Of a stretch of 64,000 nt of DNA, positions 38,801 through 49,762 are shown piece by piece; position 1 is the stretch's first letter; every line of letters begins with the position of its first letter. The notes under the pieces were generated by a model, which made no database searches, was not told the DNA's origin, and saw nothing but the letters and a program-made list of their open reading frames with translations. A program made the position numbers and the translations under genes. The DNA lies in assembly GCF_026571515.1 (NCBI RefSeq), contig NW_026859508.1, forward strand, positions 62,001 to 126,000, read 5' to 3'. The DNA is from Ruditapes philippinarum. Its lineage: Eukaryota.

Positions 38801-41800
38801 CTTTTGCATATCTTTCTGTTTTAAAAGTGAACCATTTGATCTATGTAAGAAATTAAAATTTCATGTTGTGAGAATTTTAGACCTCAGTGGAGTTCCTTTA
38901 ATTTCCTGTTAATAATCCGGTTGTTTCATCTCGGCTCAATTCAACCATCGCTGCCATAATCTCCATTGCATGGAGTAATATTCACATTATCACGTTCCGC
39001 ATCACAGTATTACAAATACAGAAATTGAATGTAAACTTTCTTTTTATATAATTAATTAAAATGGCAAAACTTTTATGTCCCGGTTAATTAAAGGCCCATT
39101 ATAACTCAGAAATGCTTTTATTTTGATTTTTCAAAAGTTTTTAATTTTGGTATCCAAAAAGTAACTCATTGGCAAATTACTGGAACTATCTTTTTCATCT
39201 GTTGCTTTAGTTACAGGTAATTTGTATGAAAGTCAAAATATTACTTTGTTTGCATTTTGCTAATTTTATAACAAATTATTTCACATTTATTGCTACTTTT
39301 TCAGGTAGTATATCTCTAAAACCATGTTTTTAAACATTATGAAGTTTATGTTTTTAACTTAGTCCTTTCAAAAGAAGTAAACATTCATTTGTTTCTTAGG
39401 CATAATGTGCCTTTAAGCTTCGTCAGTTTTATAAATTTGATGAGTCTTATCAGTGGGCGGTACTTATATATATATATTTCTTTCTTGTAAAGTATCCATT
39501 TAATTTGAAGTTGTTTTTGTCCAGGTTTATTTTGTGCTTGTATTTGGGATGGTGTTGCTGTCAATTCTCGTACTGGCTTTCAGTACGGTTCCATCTTTGA
39601 GACGTGGGGTCTCCAAATGTGAGCTTCTGGAGTACATAGAAAACGCCAAACGTGAATACTATGACAAGGTACGTGCTGTAAAAACCAAAATTAATTAAAT
39701 TATAGATCTGTCGGGATAAAACAAGGAGAAATATTAACGGTTTATTCTTTCATGTTAATTAAGTGTAGAATCTTCTAACATTCCCGAAGGTGTCGTGCTC
39801 TTATTCAAGTGTGGAAATTCACTGCCTCGATAATGAGAAGTTTACGCATCAAAGATATAATGAAGTATAGCTTTCTTTTTGCGTGTAATAAATGTAAGGA
39901 CTACTAGTATAAACAATGTGTCATTCTTTTGACACGTTAGATGGCATTGAAGAATGATAGATAATTTAATCAATAGAGTATATTGATGTTTCCTGTCAAT
40001 CCAAAGAATTCTTTGTCACATATTCCTGATTTAATGTCCCTAAAGATAATAAATGAATTATTACTGACAACAAAGTTTATACAAATCAATTTGAAATTTT
40101 ATTTTGAATGGTGTAAAGCTATAAGAATATTTATATCTCAGAAATGTATTCCTTATGTAAGTTGGGTTTAGATGATTGGTTTTTACGCCAAGATTTTAAC
40201 AAATCATTGTTTATAATATCTTGGCGGTTTTCTCAATTTGCCAATAATTACCAATTTCTCTGCAAGTGGTCGACCGACTAGCAACTATTATAACCCCACA
40301 TGATTCGTGAACTAATGGTGCCTGGTAAATGACCTTAAGACTCAATGTCCGGTTGAAACGGAAATGTTCTGCCTTATCTGAGGATCGGACCAACGGCCCT
40401 TGCATTACAAATCAAATACTCTTCCGACTGATCTAAGTGGGCGGTTTCCTTTATACATGTATCAGAATTATAATAGGCTGTTTTTATATAGATAAGGACA
40501 AATAAATTGGATATATATAAATTTCCGGATCAATCGTGTAGACACTTTTTTTCAGGAATTATCTATTTACCATTTGTGTCCTTGTTTATCTGGAAACAGC
40601 TATTAAGGATAATGTCTATATGTGAACACTGCTGTAACCTACAATTTTTGCGCATCGTATCTTGCTACTAAAATGTTTATCATTCACGGAAATATGTGGA
40701 ATTCAAATGTAACTTTGATAAAACTAGATTTCGGACGCGGCAAGATTTTAGACAGTCTATATACATGTACCTTGTATATTAGTATACCAATTCACGGAAG
40801 AAAGTAGTGATATACATGTACTATTCTTATTAGATATTTCATAATTAGATTTTCATTCAAATAGGGTGTAGAAGGTGTGGACAAGTTCACGATATAGGTC
40901 TTAATCACATACATTTGTATATATATGAAACACTATTTTATTATCATCAACTGTTGTTAATATGATTATTACGAACATTTACTATCTTAGTTTGTAGAAT
41001 GAATTTGTTTGGCAAAATCCGTATTTAAAACATACTGTGTCTCCTTTATAGCTGGTGGATAGGTGTCCAAAGTTACAATCGACTGATGTATAAACATTGG
41101 AACTTAATTGTAAAGTACATTTTCTTCATTAAACAGGTGAATGAAAAATTAGGATACCCCGACTGTTCATCGTCAACTGGAGCCTGGCCATCAGGGAGCA
41201 GTTGGTATGATGATGAGATAGACTTTTCCCAATATGATTGGGACTATTACGAATATCTATGGCAGCAGTACGAGGATTACTATGCTGATAATAACGAGAC
41301 AACAACCATGGCGTCTTCAACATCATCAACCACAGCGTCTTCTATACATTCAAAGCGAGAGACAAAGCCCCCTAAGAAGCCTCAATCCGTTCTTAGAACA
41401 ATCAATATCCCTGACCTTTCTGTACCGAAATTTCCTTTCTTAGTGCTCGAAGTTATCATTAATACGTTCTTTACAATCGATCTTGCCCTGCGTCTGGTAT
41501 CGTGCCCATCTTTGAAACGCTACTTAACCTCTATTATCAATGTGTTGGACGCGTTTGCTCTTATTGTCGTGCTACGTACATTTGTTAATCGTCTCTATCG
41601 AGAAAGAGTATCGTTATACGGAATCCATTTGGCTAAATCTGCTTGATTTTGCCCAAGTATTCCGAGCACTGCGTCTCTTCAGAGTCGTGAAAAATGTTCG
41701 GGCAAGCAAGGTCCTGGCATACTCTTTGACCCAAGATTTGCGAGACATGACATTGTTGGTCATGTTGCTATTTGTCGGAATATCAACGTTCTCTTGTCTC

Positions 41801-42229
41801 ATATACTTTGCAGAATCGCGTGCGACTATTCCATCAATTCCAAGCGCTTGGTATTGGGCAATCGTCACAATGACCACGGTCGGTTACGGTGACATCTCGC
41901 CCCTGACGGGATTTGGGCGCGTGATCGCGTCTGTCTGCGCAATATGCGGCGTTCTACTCTTAGCGATTACTCTCCCAATGTTTGTCAACAACTTTCTCAC
42001 CCTGTACCAGTACTCTTGTGTCAATGACTCAATTGAGAAGAGGAAAAAGTTGAAAAATGAGCAAGTAGATAAAGGCAAAGCGCCTGTAGATGACGACGTT
42101 GTCGTCCATGACTTGGACGCAGACAGTCCTCCCCCCGCGTACGAAGCTCCGTTAGAACGTGCAAACAATCCTGATAATGTAAAGAAAGAAAATACTGTAT
42201 TTCTTGTTAAAGAAGCTGTTGTCACATAG
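35875..42229 (+). CDS. Shaw-like voltage-gated K+ channel, paralogue B (exons 35875-36161, 37829-38003, 39525-39668, 41137-42229; +1 frameshift near 41560; ~565 aa if corrected)
   Basis: T1 with the Zn-binding HX5C...CC motif, S1-S6, pore WYWAIVTMTTVGYGD. S4 LDFAQVFRALRLFRVVK is like invertebrate Shaw LEFFSIIRIMRLFKLTR. Confidence 0.92.
36180..36398 (-). mobile_element. Same SINE family, near full length, just downstream of the Kv-B exon 1 donor
   Basis: TTTTAGTTCGATTG...GTTCCTGGAACCAACCAGTACT...GTAAAGTTTCTTGCTCAAGGAAACAAC...GGGTTTGAACCC. Confidence 0.85.
37394..37570 (+). repeat. ~30-bp tandem repeat with GGGAGGGCTTTTGTCC core
   Basis: Five to six copies; probably one arm of a TIR element. 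Confidence 0.7.
38070..38400 (-). mobile_element. Kolobok-like element, family K2
   Basis: TTAAAGGCAATGTTA...TCTGAGACTAATGGACCTTTAA; reverse-orientation relative of the 39088-39416 and 32345 copies. Confidence 0.6.
38520..38897. mobile_element. Kolobok-like non-autonomous DNA transposon
   Basis: TTAA|AGGGTCTCCACTGAGG ... CCTCAGTGGAGTTCCT|TTAA: TTAA duplication, short TIRs starting AGG. Confidence 0.75.
39088..39416 (+). mobile_element. Kolobok-like element, family K2 (another, 3'-degenerate copy starts at 32345)
   Basis: TTAAAGGCCCATTATAACTCAGAAATGCTT...GGCATAATGTGCCTTTAA; shares its 5' ~200 bp with 32345-32550. Confidence 0.7.
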
Positions 42230-43291
42230 ATTTAAACTACATGTAGTTTTTATTTGTTTGGGTCGAAAATTTCTAATATTGTTTCATTCTTTATAGATAT
42301 ACATGCTTACAGTAAGCTCCATGATTATTTACATCTGTGTTTAGCGTCGAAATAATGAGTTACAAACCCTAATTTAGAATAATTTGGTTTTCTTCAGGCC
42401 GTTAACATATAATTTCACCGTGGCCGAGTGGTTTGCACGCTCGCCTATGAAACGAGATGTCTCGAGTTCAAATCCCAGTAGAGGCAACTCATTTTTTTAA
42501 AGTCAAATAAACATTGAATTGACTATAAGTGTTGCAATTAGTCTTATAGCCAATTTACTACAGTTAAACACTGGAAAGCATTGGTGGCACTATACAAAAA
42601 CAAATTGGTTTATAATCTCACAACCTTCACCTTTATGACATTCTGAGACCCAAACAAATTCAGCGCCTTCTGTGCTTTGTTTGTTCTACTACGTTACGGA
42701 TCCGCAGGCTGGTCTGGATCCATGCTGAATGACGGAACAAATAGAGGACGTCAGCATGACAAAGATGTTTAGCTCTCGTTACGTATATCCTATTTTTATT
42801 AGTAAATTCTTTTGGAATTAATGATTAACAAAAGTCTGCTGAGAAACCTAAACTGGGATCAATGTCTGAGTGAGTTCAATTACAAGTGTAATTATGTTTT
42901 GTTTGTATTTACTATTTTTATATAAAATGAATATCCATCTTGTTGCTTTTTCATTAAATGTTCATTATTTTTAAAGCAGTTTATGCAAATTTTAAAGAAA
43001 TTTTTGAAAATGTTTTTTAAAGTTAAATATAATTGTAAAGTGAACAAAGATATTAATTTAAACATTGCAAACGTCGCTTACAGGCGACGTAAATTGCCGA
43101 AAAGGGGTTAAAATATGGAAAAATAACCCTTAGTATTAGTTTTGCGTTAGTAACGCAATAGAAATATGGTGATGAGTACAGCAAAATCATTCATAAATCG
43201 AATAGAACACATTTTACTTTTCTGAAAAAGTTAGCAAATTATTTTTAATTATATTAATGTTTTTGTTGAATTGTTTCGGCTCATTTGGAGG

Positions 43292-43855
43292 CGGTACAAG
43301 TCAACCCGGTCCTAAGTCAACCCGGCCTCAGGTGAATCCGGCCCCAAATTAGTCAATTCAATCTGATATCTGATCAACCCGGCCCTATTTTTATTATTAT
43401 ATATTTGCCACGAATTTTTCTTCATTAACTTACCGACATATTTATTATAGCCTAATTATGTTTTCAATAACTTTATTATATGGTTCATAATCTTCATTTG
43501 GTAAAGTTTTATTTTTTTGTAAATGTGAAACATTTTTTGAAAATCTTTTTTAATGTGTGTAATATAATTATATATCATTTAAAGACAAAAGGGGAAATGA
43601 AAGAAGCAAAATATCGTCTAAAACATAATTTAATTTAATAAAAAATTCTCTGAAAATCAATTTCGGGGCCAGATTGACCGATTTTGGGACCGGGTTAACC
43701 TATTTTGGGAACGGATTAACCGGTTTTGGGGCCGCATTGACCAAATAAGAATAATGATGTGGGCCGGATTGACTAATTTTAAGGCCGGGTTGACTAATTT
43801 TGGGGCCGGGTTGACTTGAGGCCGGGTTTACTTGGGGCCAGGTTGACTGTAATTC
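43292..43855. mobile_element. TIR element with tandem subterminal repeats, probable 9-bp TSD (Mutator-like MITE)
   Basis: (AAGTCAACCCGGCC)n on the left and (GGCCGGGTTGACT)n on the right; flanks ATTTGGAGG (43283-91) and ATTTAGAGG (43856-64). Confidence 0.7.
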
Positions 43856-44720
43856 ATTTAGAGGTATGCCGCTTTAAATGCAAAATCACTTGTAACCATT
43901 TTTTAAAACATCCGGAAGAATGCAAAACATAGAAGGGTAAACGAGTTGTGTTATTTGTCTAGTTCTAGTTGTGGCTATATAATGTCAGATTAACGCAGTA
44001 ATTGTATCTCATCGCAAAAATAATCGCAAATGTATAACCTTGTCCAAACTCCGAGAGAACTTGCACTAATCTCACTACACAAATGTAGCTGATTGGGCTT
44101 TACTAGTCCAACAAGGTGTCCGCTATTCTGCTGAATAAAATTCAAAGTTGATCTTATTTAACGCATTGCTTACACGTTTATTTCATGCAATTCGGTTTGA
44201 AGTTGGATCGATGTTGTCAGAAATTACTTTAAAATATTTGTAATATTGGGATTGGCTTGTTATTTGAAATACTAATTTGTATGATTAACGTTTTGTTTCA
44301 TGACTTCATTCAAGTAATGACATTGTTTACATTTAATTTTGTATTTTATGCACAGTTATATTTTCTGCAATAAATAATTTTATAAGTATTGATACACTGG
44401 CTCTGAATAACGTTTTTCAAGTGTTCTACAATAAGTCTATACTAGATAGATAGTACCACGTACAGAATCCCAAAATTATTTTCATCTTTCCATGTCAGAT
44501 GTACTGCGCAATAGACTTGTTCCGGAATTAAGAATATTTTGTTGTTTTTCCGCATCTAATCCAGGGGAATAAATACTTCTACAGTTACAGCTTCGAAAAT
44601 AAGCGCAATAATTTACTTAAGCCTGCGTCACATTACAAACGGTAACCGTTCGAGATGGAGGGTGAATAAACAGTAAAGGCAATATCATTATTGATTGTCA
44701 TTGTGAACCTGATAGCATAT

Positions 44721-44959
44721 ATGAGCCGCGTCATGACAAAATCAACATAGTGCGTTTGCGTCCAGCATGGATCCAGACCAGCCTGCGCATCCGCGCAGTC
44801 TGATCAGGATCCATGCTGTCCGCTATCAGTTTCTCTACTTGTAATAGAGTTGGTAAGCGAACAGCATGGATCCTGATCAGACTGCGCGGATGCGCAGGCT
44901 GGTCTGGATCCATGCTGGTCGCAAATGCAATATGTTGGTTTTGTCGTGACGCGGCTCAT
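44721..44959. mobile_element. Palindromic MITE, family P (copy 2, most complete)
   Basis: ATGAGCCGCGTCATGACAAAA...TTTTGTCGTGACGCGGCTCAT with ~100 bp inverted arms. Confidence 0.9.
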
Positions 44960-45055
44960 TTCATTGTTTTCTCGGCTCGAAAGGTGTTTAGTCAGACTGA
45001 CATTAAGTTTATATAACAACTTTCCTGCTTAACCGGTTGATAAAGAACTCTGGAT

Positions 45056-45340
45056 CCCCTCCATGCATTATTTCCGGTACGTAAAGGGCACGCCTTCTTC
45101 GCATTAAATGGTTCAATGTGTTTGTCGAGACTCGAACACAAAGTGGTGATGGCCAAGTTTTCAAATTCACCGACTAAACTTTGTCATGAAAGCACCAATA
45201 ACCCCTCCATGCATTATTTCGGGCACGTAAACGGCACCCCTTCTTCACATTAAATGGTTCAATGTCTTTATCGGGATTCGAACCCAAAGTTGTGATGGCC
45301 AAGTTTTCAAATTCACCAACTTAACTTTGTCACGGAGGCA
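45056..45340 (-). repeat. Two tandem ~146-bp copies of a truncated SINE
   Basis: CCCCTCCATGCATTATTT...TTAAATGGTTCAATG...TCGAAC..AAAGT.GTGATGGCCAAGTTTTCAAATTCACC at 45056 and 45202. Confidence 0.8.
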
Positions 45341-45657
45341 TCACTAACCTGTTTCAGCACGAATTATAACTCTTCTTTTACAAATGATTATTATATTTCC
45401 CTTTAATATCTAAAATGGGTAAACATAAATTCTTTTCGGAAACAACAACACTCATTATTCCTATTAATGTTTATTATATAAAAAGATATAAAATCAGTGT
45501 ATAATAGCACATTTTGTTTAACAAACATGTAAATCAAATTAATAAAGAGTACAAAAGACCGATTTGAACACATGATAGTATAATAATGCAGTTATGTATC
45601 ATAGTAATAAATTGAAACAATTCATTTGAACAGGTATACAATCAATGCCAAGCACAT

Positions 45658-45850
45658 ATGAGGCGTGTCACGTCAAAACCAACATAGTGGGTTTGCGACC
45701 AGCATGGATCCATGCTGTTCGCTGTCAGTTTCGGTACTTGTAATAGGGTTTGTAAGCGAACAGCATGGATCCTGATCAGACTGTGCAGGCTGGTCTGGAT
45801 CCATGCTGGTCGCAAACCCACTATGTTGGTTTTGTCCTGACATGGCTCAT
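45658..45850. mobile_element. Palindromic MITE, family P (copy 3, internal deletions)
   Basis: Same termini and GCATGGATCC cores. Confidence 0.85.
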
Positions 45851-48111
45851 ATGTACATTTCTTCTTCATATAAAATCACATTTCTGTAGAAAGTAAAAAT
45901 ATGTTTTGTAATGTTGAAATAATGGATAACATCATAATAACCTGAAAAAAGTGCTGAATGTGAAAATAAATATGATAAATATAGCAAAATATAAACAAAA
46001 AGATTGGATTGTGAGATTTAATGGTATCCCTTGCAATAAGCTTGTTGAGAACTTGCAGTAACACTGAAAAAACCTCGCATCTCTTATATACAAGTGGTTT
46101 TGTTGTTAAAGCATACAGAAAGTGTTGTGATAGTTTAGTAGCATCTATATAATCACAGTGTTTGAACTCGCAATATTACAATTCTCAATATACCATTTTT
46201 GCTCCATAAGTCTGAAATTTCCATTTTCAATAGCTGATCTGACATGTATTTGTAATGCTCTTTTAATCTATGTTTCTTCATTCAAGGCAGATGTAAAATT
46301 CAATATCTGCCAATATAAATTAATTGGGGCAGTCACGGCACAAAAATCAATAATGAATGGCAGAAACAACTGAATATATTATTTGACAGCACATTAAAAA
46401 CAGTAATAATGCCCTTGTCACCCATAAATGCCACCAACATTACTGTATCAGTCAAGCTTTAAGTTGAGAGTACATTGTAATGCTACAAAACCTTAGGGAA
46501 ATTTTCCCAATCGAGATAATGCATTCAGTAATAGGCAAACATTTATGCAAGATATTCTAATAAATTTGTGTCCTTTTATCCTCACTGACAAAGGAAATAT
46601 TAAAATAATGCACAAATATACGCTAAAATCATAGAGCAAAAAATCAAATTCAATAAAACTATTACATTAAATGTATATTGTGCTCATCCTTTTTTCTTCA
46701 ACTTTTTTTATGGGAAATATTTCTTTAAAAAAGGAATTAAAATACTAGTATTTTTGTAAGTTTAAAAAATGGACATTAATATGAAAAAAGTTTTCTTGAA
46801 ATTCACACCAATTTTTTTGAATGTGTCCTATTATAATATACAAGTAAAAATAAGTTTGAAAGTGATCTTTAAGAAATTACATTCCAGAGGATGGTCAACC
46901 TATCTGAATAAGCATCTTCGTAACATGGATGAAAATATTTCACATGATAAATCATAGTGATAAAGAAGCTCTTTAAATTATACTTATTCAAGACAATACA
47001 AGTTTCTACACATAAAGATGGACGGAAGTTAACAGTTATTGTAACAAGTCAGTTTTAACATGATCATCACAAAATACAGCACTTTTCATAAAAGGCTAAT
47101 TGACAGAAACATTTCACAGACATTAAATATCAAAAGATTTGTTAAAAATAGGGGAAAATATCACTGAGAAATATCAACAGAAACAGACCTAAAGTTAATT
47201 TTTGAAGGAGGTTTGATTTAATTTTTATATCTCTATATGTCACACAGAGTATGAAAAATGAGCAGCCAGGACTCAAACCCAGTATCCTCTTTCCTGAAGC
47301 TAAACCCACTGAGTCTGGTACATCCAGTCACTTACAGTGAACAATGGTATATACAATACAGTAATATAATGTTAGCAAAGTAGTATGCCCTGCTTCAACT
47401 CTGTGGAATATACTCAAAACTCTAAAATTTTATGAATTAAATTTTTTTTTTATATTTTGGACAATAAATGTTTGCAATTTATCTAAATAAAATGAATATT
47501 TAGCAGAAATTTAAACAGAAATTCATGACTTTTTAACGTCACCAATTACTCAGACATGTTGCTATTGCAAAATAATTTCATTTTACAGTAAACTCTATTA
47601 TTCATTAACAGATAATTGAATAAATGGATCAATATTTTGAAATTAATAAACTTCTATATTCTTAGAAAAAAATATCAACAACTGCTATAAATAAATATAT
47701 AAATATATATAACAATGTTCATATATTTAATAACATATTTCAAAACAGTAAGTTACATATATAACAAAGTTTCAAGTGATATAAACTGAAAATGGTCAGA
47801 AAATACAAACACTATATTTGTAAGACCTGGAAAATTCAAGTAGTTAAAATAAAGAACACATGATATGATGTACATGTGTATGTAACATTTACAGTTGCTC
47901 CAGATCTTTGACAAAATTAAAAACATGGACTTGCTTATGAAGTGTAGGGAAAATATATTTTTAGCACCAGTAACCTTGACCCAATTAAAATGAAACATGA
48001 CCTAAAAGTGTAGAAACTCATGAAAAACTAACACTATGATAAATTAAGATAACCCTAGCATCTCAGGTTATATAATATGTTATAATCATATATATCACCT
48101 TATAGTCATTT

Positions 48112-48282
48112 ATATTATTACTCATAAAGATTCCCCCTGACAGGTTATATGGCCATATAAAAATAATAATAATGTTTTTTTTGTATAATTATATAACCAG
48201 AGTCCCAAGGCAAGGGTTATATTGCCAACAACCATTTTCATATGGCCATAGAACCTGTCAGGAATTTTATGATGAATTTATA
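48112..48282. repeat. ~170-bp palindromic element
   Basis: CCTGACAGGTTATATGGCCATATAAAAAT / ATTTTCATATGGCCATAGAACCTGTCAGG. Confidence 0.7.
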
Positions 48283-49119
48283 AAACAGCAAACTTGATTT
48301 CTTAATAAATTTACAGCAGCCAAGTATAATATTATTAAACTATATAAATGTCACAATTATCCAATGAAAAGCAACATAACAAATGTGCAGTATTATAAAT
48401 GGCCATATAATCCGACAAAAAACCAGCTATAACTCATAATGTACAGGTGTTAAGAGAAATGGCTAAATATTTTTTAACAACCTCTTCAGAGCAACCAATT
48501 TTCAGAGACAAATAAGTAGTTGCTAAGAGGAGTTGCTCTATGGAGTTTAAATTCTTTTGTGAAATTTCCTTTTGGGAAGTGTTGTAAAGAGGTCATTGCC
48601 CCACAGAGGGCTTCAATGTAAAAGTATGATGGATTGGCAAAATGAAGAAGAGACAAACTAACAACTGTATGCTTCATGTAAAAATTACACAGCACATAAA
48701 AAAGACCCTATATTAAATAGAAAGTAAAAGAGACATGGCTCTGCCTGGAATGTTTGAAAATATAAATACAAAATATGGTCATGAAATATATATATAGAGA
48801 GAGAGACAATTTTATAAATGCACTGTTTTAAAGTGATATGTAACCGGAAATTCAATACATAAAAAAGCTTCAAAAAATAAACTTTTAACAAATGTATAAC
48901 AAGCACTCTCAAAAAAAAAATATCTTTCTTTAACAACACTCAAAATATTTGTAATCAGTAATTTATCAAAGAAGTAATTAAATATAACAAAATAAATTAG
49001 CTTCAAAAGTAAGCTCAACAGATTAACTAATATGCATCACAATTATTTCTTATTGTGTTTCTTTCATGTGAATTTACCAGATTTTCCCAAATTCAAATTA
49101 CATGGAATTATGTATCCCA

Positions 49120-49620
49120 TTGACCTTTTCGAAAACCTAGCTAAACACCATTCTCTGGTATGTTACTGATTAAGCTCTGGGGAATTACACCAAATGAAAT
49201 ACATAACACAGTTACATGATATTTCTATTTTTCTATCATTATTTTACTGTTAAAGGTGAAAAAAGTTGATGAGTTTGAAAAATATCAATGTTTCTTTTAA
49301 TATATATCTTTTGCAAATTTTTCAAAAAATAAATTGTTTATTATGAAAATCAATTAAATTAAAACAGTCATAGTGGCATCTTTCATAATAAATAAAGATA
49401 TTTTCTGCCTGAACTTGTGTATTTAGTTCATTACTTGTATGAAATTATTCATACAATGATATTTAATTATTTTCTTACAAAGAAATAACTGCTTAATTTC
49501 AGTTCAATTTAAAAAAATGACAAAAACATAGAGTTCACTTTTACACTCCATTAGGGTGAATTCCCCAGAGCTATGTACAGAAAGTACCGGAAAACAGTGT
49601 TTAGCTAGGTTTTTGAATTT
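49120..49620. repeat. Inverted-repeat element; one arm also at ~31510-31595
   Basis: TTCGAAAACCTAGCTAAACAC...AGCTCTGGGGAATTACACC vs GGTGAATTCCCCAGAGCT...GTGTTTAGCTAGGTTTTTGAA. Confidence 0.65.
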
Positions 49621-49762
49621 GTGAATTCAGCAATATGAGTTAAATTTACGCTCACAATTTGTTGAATTTTGTTGTTCTTGCCACATGTTGTATAATAGGA
49701 AGGCATAAGTCTAATTAATACATCATTGCATCAAAGTAATCAAACATTTCTGTATATTCATA

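Noticed and set aside
41614-42225. Minus-strand ORFs over Kv-B (likewise 17951-18199, 20095-20394 and plus-strand 57940-58309)
   Set aside because: Antisense shadows of real coding exons.
42417-42487. tRNA gene
   Set aside because: Has A/B boxes but no convincing cloverleaf; more likely a SINE head.
44731-45019. ORFs 44731-44913, 44804-45019, 44813-45016 (also 45642-45869 and 57022-57270)
   Set aside because: Chance ORFs within the palindromic MITE.
46000-49100. Short hydrophobic ORFs in AT-rich DNA
   Set aside because: Low-complexity F/I/L/K/Y composition, no domain motifs or consistent splice structure; may be DFFB 3' flank.
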